The position numbers were made by a program, and so were the translations under genes. A DNA stretch of 32,000 nucleotides, taken from a cyanobacterium endosymbiont of Epithemia turgida isolate EtSB Lake Yunoko. GTDB taxonomy: Bacteria; Cyanobacteriota; Cyanobacteriia; Cyanobacteriales; Microcystaceae. The stretch covers positions 2,610,001-2,642,000 of the forward strand of contig NZ_AP012549.1 of the NCBI RefSeq assembly GCF_000829235.1, read 5' to 3'. This document shows positions 21,787 through 32,000 of this stretch, in pieces. Positions within the stretch are counted from its first letter, which is position 1; each line of letters starts with the position of its first letter. Under the pieces are notes generated by a model that saw only the letters and a list, made by a program, of their open reading frames with translations, was not told where the DNA came from and made no database searches.

Positions 21787-23421
<1,635 letters not shown>

Positions 23422-23511
23422 TTACATAACTATGGCAAACGTCACTATACTCACCGGCTATTTTAACCTGTTGTCTGGGGTTGAGAAACTAGGATACCCA
23501 TTTCTAGTTAA

Positions 23512-23540
23512 TAAAACTCACAGATACTGTGTGAGTTTTA
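23512..23540. other. perfect 11-bp stem / 7-nt loop hairpin about 100 nt upstream of the pyrG start codon
   Basis: TAAAACTCACA (23512-23522), then GATACTG, then TGTGAGTTTTA (23530-23540). On the + strand it is followed by a T-rich stretch (TCTCTGATTTTT). It could be the terminator of a vanished + strand gene or a pyrG leader element. The strand is unresolved. Confidence 0.3.
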
Positions 23541-24280
23541 TCTCTGATTTTTCTAAAAACTCAGACAATAATCCTATTGTTTAAAATAAAAAACCTTTGA
23601 TTGTTTTCAGTATTTGTATAAATAGCCCAACTTAAAAATCATCAAAAAAAAGTCAACGTACTTACAAATGAATTGACATCCTCTATGGTGGTTAGTTTCA
23701 ATAATCTTGAATCACATTAAGAATGGTGAAGACTTAAGTAAGTACCCTGAATTAGGTTAAAAATCAATATAAGAAAAGTGGCTATCATGTGTTAACTTCA
23801 AGAAGTCTTAGAGCCAAGTCGATTATATTAACCTTGTTGAAGAATTTTTTAAATCATTAAATTACGTCAATTATATTTGAATATTATAAATTTTATAAAT
23901 ACTTATTTAAGTGTAGCTAATCTACAAGAAAAAATTTTATAAAATTTTTTAAACCTAGAAAATATTTGTTAAAAACAAGCAGAAAATCAATATATAAAAC
24001 CATTATTTAGATGAGAATTTATGGAACTGAATCTACTTTCAAGAATCAAATCTCAAAGGTACTTACTTAAATAAAGCTAATCTAGCTAAAAAAAGTAAAA
24101 AATCTATTATCGTAGCATAATTGACTTGAACTGGTCATTTTATTAGATTCAAGTGGTAATGATAAAAGTTTTTTAAAAAAATAAATTAATTAAATCTTTT
24201 AAAGAAGTTACTCATATTTTTTTTACTGAAGTAGAAGTAACTAGTATTGAGCATTCATCAAGATTTTGGTTTATGTCAGT

Positions 24281-24310
24281 AATATAAGTAACATAAGTAA
24301 TATAAGTAAT
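24281..24310. repeat. short tandem repeat, 9-bp unit (AAYATAAGT) x3 plus a partial copy
   Basis: The sequence reads AATATAAGT AACATAAGT AATATAAGT AAT. Confidence 0.6.
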
Positions 24311-24399
24311 TATTTTTTAGATAAAAATATAATATTTATGATTTAGTTGGGAGGTTTATTAATTTTCTCATTAAGATTATTAACTTATAAAGTAAGTCT

Positions 24400-24990
24400 A
24401 AATCATCTTGTTTTATAGAATTTTAGAAAATGGGCATAAAGATAATTTATTGGGATTCAAACTCGTCCTCAAAACATGATGAAATTGTTATTCTTTTTTT
24501 TTCAGCTGCTTAGTAAAAATAATAGTCTTTCCGAGGAATTTGACAGGCTTCTTTCACCATTTGTCAATAAAAAAGAGTCTCATAGGTAGAATATTATAAG
24601 ACGATCACCCTAGGAGAAAAACAAGAACTATTTTATCGGGTAACCTATAAGGAGAGCAACACGATCATGACCAGCAGTGTTGGCGACTTAAATTAACAAC
24701 ATCCACTCCCCACTGCTCAAAAACTGTCCTTAAAAAAATGGTGTCGATGTTAACGTCTCCGTATTTAGCATCTAAAATAATGAGGATATTTTAGGGAACA
24801 TTGGCGATAACTTTAACTAATGATCATAAACCTGATGCCTCTAATCTTGCATGAAATCCGAGATTCAGTTTATGATTACATGCCAACCTAGAGCTTTTAA
24901 AGATAGTTGATCTAAGTCAATTTCCCTAATTGTTCAATAAATACCTTACTAGTAAATCAATATTTTTAGAATCAAATGTAATTTCTAAGT
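24400..24990 (-). pseudogene. pyrF: orotidine-5'-phosphate decarboxylase-like (PyrF, type-2-like) pseudogene
   Basis: A single minus-strand frame from 24896 reads LACNHKLNLGFHARLEASGL*SLVKVIANVP*NILIILDAKYGDVNIDTIFLRTVFEQWGVDVVNLS. After a frameshift it reads NTAGHDRVALLIGYP, then PDKIVLVFLLG*. ILDAKYGDV fits the OMP-decarboxylase active-site core D-x-K-x-x-D-[IV]. The following blocks resemble the type-2 layout (F...G.D.VT..PY.G.D...P......K.VFVL). There are at least 3 stops and 2 frameshifts. The boundaries are approximate. Confidence 0.5.
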
Positions 24991-25937
24991 CCAGTTTAAG
25001 TATCACACTCAATGAATTTGAATATTAAGTAATTACTTAGTTCAATCTTTAAAAAATCTCATGATTAGCTTGAACTATAGAGAGTAATAAATAACTGTAA
25101 ATAATTTTAATAAAACTCAATTACTTTTACCGCTTAATTTACATTTTTCTACCAAACATTAATCATATTTAATTTTACTTATATTATTTGTTGTGTTTTA
25201 TATTACATGTCTATAGCTAAAGAAAAAACTTTAAATCATCAACTATTAGAAAGTAGATTATAATTAAAAGTGCTACGCTATCGATTTAATTCCTATATTA
25301 AGTTAGTGGCACAATAAAAACTAACACTTAATTTTAATTAGTTTTTACTCTCATATAAAATAAATATATTTATTTTATATTTTTAAATAAAATTTTATAT
25401 CTACAATAAAGACTATAATGATGGTTATTTTTTTAAAAAAAAGAATATTAAATCTTTAATAGACTTATCACAGTTCGTCCCCATTGATTGAATTTAACTT
25501 TCTTAAAGGGTATATTATATAGCTGTCTATATTTACATCCTCCTTCCCATTTTATCGTTAATAACCTATTTCGAAAATCTTTACTTTTGAAATGAAAATT
25601 TATAGATAGTGTCTCTTACGGTGGAGTAAGCTATAATACGTGGGTTCGAGCTTAGGAGTTAGGCATTATTATTTGTTCAACGATAGAATCAAGTTGTTGG
25701 ACTATGATGCTTGTTGGAAGTTTTTCATAGATTTCCTCTAGTTGGACTCAGCTTATTAAGCAATTTGTCATCTTCTAATGGTATAGAAAATTACACCCTC
25801 AATGTTTTATAACAGCCTAGGCTAGATATACCAGTTTAAAATGAAAAGTAACATCTTCCTCACTAGTTGCGCAGGCGTACAGTATGGGTTTCTTAGTTTT
25901 CACTATTTGGCATTCCTATTAAGCAAATCTTACAGAT

Positions 25938-26963
25938 ATGGACTTAATTACCCTACAAAATTTCCTTGACAATACTTCATTTTTAATATTGTTCTTCACT
26001 ATGCTTATTTATTGGACAGGGGCAGCGTTTCAAGAGGTTTCTGTTTTACCTACTTTGGGAACAACAGGGATAGCAATGGCTAATCTGTCAATAGCTGCAT
26101 TATTAGCAGCCCGTTGGATCGAAGGAGGTTATTTTCCGTTAAGCAACCTCTATGAATCTTTATTTTTCCTTGCTTGGGGTATAACAATTGTTCATCTGAT
26201 GGCTGAAAAAATGAGTCGTAGTGGGTTAGTCGGGGTAGTAACAAGCCCTGTAACGATGTCCATTACTGCTTTTGCTACGTTATCTTTACCAGCAGATATG
26301 CAGACTTCAGCTCCTTTAGTTCCTGCCCTTAAGTCTAACTGGTTAATGATGCATGTTAGCGTTATGATGCTCAGTTATGCTACTTTAATGGTCGGTTCAG
26401 TGCTGGCAATCACCTTTTTGATAGTCACCTGTGGACAAAATATAGAATTACGAGGAAGTTCAGTCGGGACAGGGAGTTATCGCCATAAGCTAAATCGTCT
26501 ACAACTTTCTAAAATCGATAATAATGGAAAAGTTTCTGTGACGACAATGGCTGACCAAAATGGTAGTGGAAAAACAGCAATTAAGAATTGCGTCGGCTCT
26601 CGAACTTTAGCGGCTGATTTACATCTTCTATCCCTCCAAAAGTTAAGTCTAGCTGATGTCCTAGATAATATTAGTTATCGTATCATTGGATTAGGTTTCC
26701 CTTTGCTTACTATTGGTATTATTGCGGGGGCAGTTTGGGCTAATGAGGTTTGGGGATCATATTGGAGTTGGGACCCTAAAGAAACTTGGGCGTTGATTAC
26801 CTGGTTAGTGTTTGCTGCTTATCTCCATTCCCGCATTACTCGCGGTTGGCAAGGGCGCAAGCCCGCTATTCTAGCAGCTAGTGGTTTTATTGCAGTCTGG
26901 GTTTGCTATTTAGGAGTTAATTTATTAGGCAAGGGTTTACATTCCTATGGTTGGTTCTTTTGA
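25938..26963 (+). CDS. ccsA: cytochrome c biogenesis protein CcsA (system II heme handling)
   Basis: 341-aa polytopic membrane protein with N-terminus [19 protein letters not shown]. It carries the tryptophan-rich WWD motif ([23 protein letters not shown]) and conserved His residues. Confidence 0.92.
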   Translation: MDLITLQNFLDNTSFLILFFTMLIYWTGAAFQEVSVLPTLGTTGIAMANLSIAALLAARWIEGGYFPLSNLYESLFFLAWGITIVHLMAEKMSRSGLVGVVTSPVTMSITAFATLSLPADMQTSAPLVPALKSNWLMMHVSVMMLSYATLMVGSVLAITFLIVTCGQNIELRGSSVGTGSYRHKLNRLQLSKIDNNGKVSVTTMADQNGSGKTAIKNCVGSRTLAADLHLLSLQKLSLADVLDNISYRIIGLGFPLLTIGIIAGAVWANEVWGSYWSWDPKETWALITWLVFAAYLHSRITRGWQGRKPAILAASGFIAVWVCYLGVNLLGKGLHSYGWFF

Positions 26964-28574
26964 TAAATAATAAGAGTGAATTCTCATGCAGTTAATTATC
27001 TTAATTGTATGATTCAGTTATTCATTTCAATCTTTTTAAATAAGCTGGGATCGAGCGATTACGACTACCGGTAACCATAATTTATTTAATTTTAGTCGTA
27101 AATAAGACCTCTGTTGACTACTTAAGTATTTAATGCTATGATTGTTATCGATTTAGGTCTGGGTTTTGAGGCTCCTTTTCGGCCATTTTTTTCCAAATTT
27201 TTCTTGTTTTTCTCCACTTTTAGTTATCCTTACGTAATCTTTGTAGAAATAACTTCTGATACTTAAGAGTTAAGTTCTGGAATATGGTTGGTCTTTTTGA
27301 CTTCAACTTCAATAGGTTTAGTCAGCTTAGTTGTTCCCAGAATAATCTAACTTTAGGGACAACTAACTTTTGTTGCAACCAAATCTTTTTAAAAAATGTT
27401 TATAAATATCTCAAAAAAAACAATTGAACTTGACTAGATTAACAAACTTAATTTTAGTGAGACTAAGACTCTTTTTTACTGAACTACATCGAAATATAAT
27501 TTATAAAAAAATAGTTAATCACTTATAACGTGTCGCACAATATTTATCAATTAAATGCAGATGATAAGGTTATAGGTGCTTTCCTTACAATAAAGTTACA
27601 ATTTAATTCGCCAATTCTCAAAACTTCTTAAATCGAAAACTTAATGAGATACTGTAGGACTTCATCATAAATTATGAATAAATTGAAAAAAGACTAAAAT
27701 AAACCCACTAATGAATCTAATATAACGGAGGTTACAATGCAAAGTCAGTCATATAATTTCTAATAAAGAAAAAAAGCTCAATAGCCAAACTAATCAAAAT
27801 ATTATTTCTTGAATAAAAATAAAAAAATACACACTCTAAGATTCAGATGTGCATAAACTAGCACTTCTAAGATTCAAGTTCTAAGAAACAATTTAAAAAT
27901 ATCACCCACTTAGGTTCTAGCTGACGCAATGTAATAAGCTTGATTTCTGATGTCATGGGTAAATTAGATATCTAGATAATCAGTAAGTTGAAGTTTAAGC
28001 AGATATAATATTTTGTTTTACTAAAATAATAAAAACTGAACCAAAGTTAGTAACAGTATTTTTTAAAAATCTAAAAAATTAATCAAGTTATTGAGTATTA
28101 CTGCATTATTCTCTAATAATTAGGTGCAATTGATAAACTCATAAAAAAATAAGATATTTTCAACTTATTTAATTAAGTTATATTTAATGAGAACTAAAGA
28201 TAAAATTAGTAATTTGTATTAAATCTAACAAAAATTAAGTATTGAATTTAATAGTGACTTTACTTAATAGCATTAAAAATAAAAATTAGTACCCTTATTA
28301 GTCTTAGTATATTAAGTAAGATATTTGGTGATTATTGATATTGAGTTATTTTAAATACATAACTATTGTTTTACTCATTTCAAACAATACATATTTGTTA
28401 TACTTTATAAGTACTTAACTGCTATAGATATAAAAATCATTAATGAATCACTAATGATACAGATTAAACCGGTTCAACTTATTATAGAGAATAATACCCG
28501 AAAATTAGGTTAAAATTTTAAACGGGACGTTACAACAATATACACCTACACAAAATATTTTTAGAGAGGAGCGT

Positions 28575-30050
28575 ATGGATATTCGTGGGACAGAAACACC
28601 ACTATTGAATTGGACTGGAGATGCCTTAGCTTTGGGTTTCTTTGAAGATTCTATGGAATTAACAGAGACTTTACAGAAATTAGATGAGAAGTTAAACAGA
28701 AATTTACGAGAATTAATTACAGAAACAGAATTCGAAGGAAAATCTAGTAATAATGTAGTGACTCGCATTGGTAGTGGTAGTCCTGTTCAAAAGATAATCT
28801 TAGTGGGATTGGGAAAAACAGAAGATTTGACCTTAGATACCGTTAGATTGGGAGCTGCAACCATTGCCCGTCTTGCTAAACAAGCTAAAGTTAAAACTCT
28901 GGGTATTAACCTCCCGGTGGTTAATGATGATGCAGCAAGTACAGTTAGTGCGATTACGCAAGGAGTCATATTACCCCTGCATCAAGATAACCGTTTTAAG
29001 TCCGAACCAGATAAAAATGAACTAAAACTCGAAAAAGTAGAGATTTTAGGCTGTGGAGAACATAGAGAAGCCATAAATAAAGCACAGACTCTTTGTTCTG
29101 GGGTTATCCTAGCACGGGAATTAGTGGCTGCCCCCGCTAACAGTGTCACCCCTGTTACTTTTGCTGAAATTGCCCAAACTATTGCTCAAGACCACGGACT
29201 TGATATTGAAATTCTAGAGCGCAAAGAGTGTCAAAATTTAGGGATGGGGGCCTTTTTAGGGGTGGCCCAAGCTTCTGATTTGCCTCCGAAATTCATTCAC
29301 ATAACCTATAAACCGTCCGAGACTCCTCAGAAAAAACTAGCTATTGTCGGTAAGAGCTTAACCTTTGATTCTGGAGGACTTAACCTCAAAGGATCACAGA
29401 GTGGTATTGAAACCATGAAAATGGACATGGGGGGTGGGGCAGCCACCCTAGGAGCGGCCAAAGTAATTGGTCAATTAAAACCTGATGTGGAAGTTCATTT
29501 TATCTGTGCGGTAACCGAAAATATGATTAGTGGTCGCGCTATGCACCCTGGAGATATCCTAACCGCTTCTAATGGAAAAACCATAGAGGTGAATAATACT
29601 GATGCAGAAGGACGATTAACTCTGGCAGATGCTTTGGTATTTGCTGAAAAATTAGGTGTGGATGCGATTGTTGATTTAGCAACCTTGACAGGGGCTTGTG
29701 TTGTAGCATTAGGGGATAATATTTCGGGGCTATGGAGTACTGATGAAACCTTAGCTACTCAAATAAAGAAAGCTGGAGCCATGGCAGGGGAAAAAGTATG
29801 GGAAATGCCCCTAGAAGAAAAGTATTTTGAGGGTTTGAAATCTCCCATTGCAGACATCAAGAATACAGGACCTCGTGCTGGTGGAGCAATCACTGCAGCC
29901 TTATTCCTCAAACAGTTTATTAAGGAAACCCCTTGGGCACATCTTGATATAGCAGGACCTGTTTGGCTAGATAAAGAAGATGGAGTCAATAATTCTGGGG
30001 CAACTGGGTTTCCAGTCCAAACTCTAGTTCATTGGGTCTTAAATCAGTAG
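28575..30050 (+). CDS. pepA: leucyl aminopeptidase (M17 family)
   Basis: 491 aa with the M17 signature [14 protein letters not shown] and metal-binding blocks [11 protein letters not shown] and [16 protein letters not shown] lies about 6 nt upstream of the ATG. Confidence 0.95.
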   Translation: MDIRGTETPLLNWTGDALALGFFEDSMELTETLQKLDEKLNRNLRELITETEFEGKSSNNVVTRIGSGSPVQKIILVGLGKTEDLTLDTVRLGAATIARLAKQAKVKTLGINLPVVNDDAASTVSAITQGVILPLHQDNRFKSEPDKNELKLEKVEILGCGEHREAINKAQTLCSGVILARELVAAPANSVTPVTFAEIAQTIAQDHGLDIEILERKECQNLGMGAFLGVAQASDLPPKFIHITYKPSETPQKKLAIVGKSLTFDSGGLNLKGSQSGIETMKMDMGGGAATLGAAKVIGQLKPDVEVHFICAVTENMISGRAMHPGDILTASNGKTIEVNNTDAEGRLTLADALVFAEKLGVDAIVDLATLTGACVVALGDNISGLWSTDETLATQIKKAGAMAGEKVWEMPLEEKYFEGLKSPIADIKNTGPRAGGAITAALFLKQFIKETPWAHLDIAGPVWLDKEDGVNNSGATGFPVQTLVHWVLNQ

Positions 30051-30061
30051 AAAATCAGCAA

Positions 30062-30103
30062 AATAAACTATAAAGTTTCGCTGCAGGGATTTTATAGTTT
30101 ATT
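30062..30103 (+). terminator. putative terminator hairpin downstream of pepA
   Basis: A perfect 13-bp inverted repeat, AATAAACTATAAA (30062-30074) and TTTATAGTTTATT (30091-30103), starts 12 nt after the pepA stop. The stem is all A/T, the loop is 16 nt, and the U-tail is weak. Confidence 0.4.
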
Positions 30104-30146
30104 AGAAAATCTTTAAAGGAGTTTGTTACTAAATAAACTTCTTTAA

Positions 30147-30700
30147 AGACTTATTATTATTAATCTTGAAGGCGGCGGATACCAACCAATTGATAGCCTT
30201 TATAAAGGAAAAGCAATCATTGAGAATGGAGCAATTTATGATTAGTCCCAACTGTTACCAGCATTACAGCAAAAATATCAGTTTTTAACTAAACGTGATA
30301 CGGAAGCAAATAACTGCAATAAAAGAAATTAATAGAATGTTTGCCTTTGCCATCGTTGATAAAAATCTATTCATGGCTGCCTGTGATCCGATTGTAATCA
30401 AACCCCTCATTATAGTATAAAAGACGGTAATTTTGGGTTTGCTTCTGAATTCAAAGCCATCACTAAATTTTGTGAGAAAGTGGAATAATTTCCTCCAGGT
30501 TCCTTTTTCTCCTCAGAAACCGGATTTTCTAGTTATTATATATTACCGGATATTCTGCCTGAAATCGACGCCAAGCTAGATGATCTCATCAAAGAAATAC
30601 AAAAAACCGTAACAGCTTCAGAAGGACTTGGTGATCTCAAAATAACTGAAGCTCCTTGCGATCTATATTTTTCATCCTACGGCTCATTGTCTCACTGATC
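30147..30700 (+). pseudogene. asnB: asparagine synthase (glutamine-hydrolysing) pseudogene, glutaminase-domain remnant lacking the N-terminal catalytic Cys region
   Basis: The frames read RLIIINLEGGGYQPIDSLYKGKAIIENGAIYD*SQLLPALQQKYQFLTKRDTEANNCN. After a frameshift at 30337 comes MFAFAIVDKNLFMAACDPIVIKPLIIV*, and after another frameshift DGNFGFASEFKAITKFCEKVE*FPPGSFFSSETGFSSYYILPD. This is collinear with the E. coli AsnB blocks RLSIVD..GAQP...NGEIYN...L......YQF.T.SD.EVIL.LY, GMFAFALYD......RD..GI.PLY, ASE.KAL......I.EFP.GSY and YY. About 45 N-terminal codons are missing. Confidence 0.75.
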
Positions 30701-31470
30701 CCGAAAGGATTTAGTTAATTTATTATAAGATATTTGTCATCCTGGTAGACAGGGTAGTTTAGTTGTAATGGACTTAATTTGGAGATATTCGATAGAATGT
30801 CCTGATTTTTGGGATGCTCAGTCGAAAGCGGAGAAATTACATGAGTATAATATGAATTATCTTTAGTCTGAACCATTCCGTCAAACCATAGATATTGAAT
30901 CATTCCCGATTTGTTTTGGGATAGGAGAAGAGATCAGAGAGTTAACCCAAAAAATAAACGCTGACACAGGAATTAACCTTGAAGTAGTAAAACTAGTAGA
31001 TCGCTCTATTTTAGTAGGTCGTCATACCGATACTCGGGCATTTAATCCTAAACTTAACCCAAGTCGTCGGTTAATTAATTCTCTTCATGAAGATTATTTA
31101 CGAACCAACTTGGAAGAATTGATAGTTACTTAAATGTAACTGTTTTCCCCGATCATCAGTCTATCACTCCTTTGTCATATGAACTTATCAACTCTTGGAA
31201 TATTTTAATTAAGTTTACTCGGCATCGTTTGTCTCATAATTGTTCTCTTCCTGAACTTCATGGATGGATTTCCCAAACTTTTGCAATTTGCCTTAATGAC
31301 TATGGACCGGGTTATCTCAAACGTGGTTTGGGTGTGGTATTGTGATCCTCGAATATTATTGAACCCCAATTAGGGTATAGTGTACGCTCTTAGAACTTAC
31401 TTTAGAATATGAAATGCAACGAGGATGGGGTTCTGGTCATGGTTTGATTACGGTCCTTATAATTGGGTAA
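30701..31470 (+). pseudogene. stop- and frameshift-interrupted reading frames, possibly the synthetase half of the same asnB pseudogene
   Basis: There are long protein-like frames. One reads VMDLIWRYSIECPDFWDAQSKAEKLHEYNMNYL*SEPFRQTIDIESFPICFGIGEEIRELTQKINADTGINLEVVKLVDRSILVGRHTDTRAFNPKLNPSRRLINSLHEDYLRTNLEEL. Another reads VTVFPDHQSITPLSYELINSWNILIKFTRHRLSHNCSLPELHGWISQTFAICLNDYGPGYLKRGLGVVL*. There are weak echoes of the AsnB PP-loop (FILRLIVSLI at about 30670 versus FLSGGIDSSLI) and of DR.SMA..LE.RVPFLD (MDRVISNVVWVWYCDPRIL at about 31300-31360). The assignment is tentative. Confidence 0.35.
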
Positions 31471-31541
31471 TAGTTCATAGATAAAAGTAGAGTTTAATGA
31501 ATTATATTAAGCCCTACTTCAAATGGTTTATTCTTTATAAA

Positions 31542-32000
31542 TTAGTGGACAGGCATTGTATATTTGAAGTCCATTGATCCTTCATATCCAGAAACTTCAG
31601 CTAACTTTTTAGGAAGTTGGGTTCCTCGAAAAACTTGTCCTTTGATCTCCCAGGTAGGATAGGACTTAATACCAGCTGTAACGCAAGCCTGTGGGTCAGA
31701 ATTTTTCCCATTAGGAGAACATTCTATGTAATCAATTTCTTTAAAGGCTTCTTTGCCAAATAATTGCTTTTGTTCAAAACAGTGGGGACACCAAAACGTC
31801 CCATATTCTTTCGCGCCGATTGCCGTGAGATGTTTGGCCAAGGCAATTTCCGCTCCCCCTGATGTGGTGGTAATATTCCACCCATTGGGGGGTTGGGGTT
31901 GAGTATTCGGCACTGGGATGGGGGTACGACTGTCGGCGGTAGGTCCATTGACACCAGCATAGACTCCCAGAGTTCCTACAAGGGTGATCATAGCTACTAT
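31542..32000 (-). CDS. VKOR-family protein, C-terminal thioredoxin-like domain (N-terminal membrane domain beyond the window end)
   Basis: CxxC thioredoxin-like fold: AKEYGTFWCPHCFEQKQLFGKEAF...YIECSP...ACVTAGIKSYPTWEI.GQ. This is characteristic of the Trx-like domain fused to cyanobacterial vitamin K epoxide reductase homologues. The frame stays open upstream of the listed Met (IVA-MITLVG...) to position 32000, so the CDS is probably 5'-truncated by the window. Confidence 0.7.
   Translation of the reverse strand: MVAMITLVGTLGVYAGVNGPTADSRTPIPVPNTQPQPPNGWNITTTSGGAEIALAKHLTAIGAKEYGTFWCPHCFEQKQLFGKEAFKEIDYIECSPNGKNSDPQACVTAGIKSYPTWEIKGQVFRGTQLPKKLAEVSGYEGSMDFKYTMPVH

Noticed and set aside
25600-25680. 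A possible tRNA or tRNA remnant, because of GTGGGTTCGAGC (a T-loop-like GGTTCGAG) and a nearby CTTAC/GTAAG stem.
   Set aside because: The sequence following TTCGAGC (TTAGG) does not complement GTGGG. The putative anticodon stem has a 6-nt loop, and no acceptor stem can be formed. It is not a functional tRNA. A tRNAscan-SE or Infernal run would settle it.
30715-30903. A 62-aa ORF on the minus strand.
   Set aside because: It lies antisense to a long protein-like but broken + strand frame (the asnB-associated relic). Its translation is not protein-family-like.

Overview
AT-rich cyanobacterial chromosome segment with very low coding density. Cyanobacterial origin is supported by HIP1 GCGATCGC octamers, CcsA, a VKOR-type thioredoxin-domain protein, and cyanobacteria-style small conserved proteins. 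By summing my feature lengths, only about 14 kb of 32 kb (~44%) is intact CDS. The intact genes are almost all core housekeeping: ybeY (partial), a HerA-like ATPase, fbaA, plsY, a GT2 glycosyltransferase, rnc, purB, accB, efp, pyrG, ccsA, pepA and a VKOR/thioredoxin-like protein (partial). They sit as small islands between nine AT-rich spacers of about 0.9-3.2 kb. Several spacers still read as recognisable but stop- and frameshift-riddled genes: a SAM-methyltransferase, an alpha/beta hydrolase, an OMP-decarboxylase-like gene, asparagine synthase asnB and a small membrane protein. I found no rRNA, tRNA, CRISPR array, transposase, integrase or phage module. The most interesting signal is therefore not a new gene cassette. 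It is a snapshot of ongoing reductive genome evolution, typical of an obligate endosymbiont. By inference only, this could be a Crocosphaera/Cyanothece-clade symbiont such as a diatom spheroid body or a UCYN-A-like lineage. The apparent loss of asnB and a pyrF-like gene would imply metabolic dependence on a host. All homology statements come from reading translations by eye and need BLAST/HMM confirmation.
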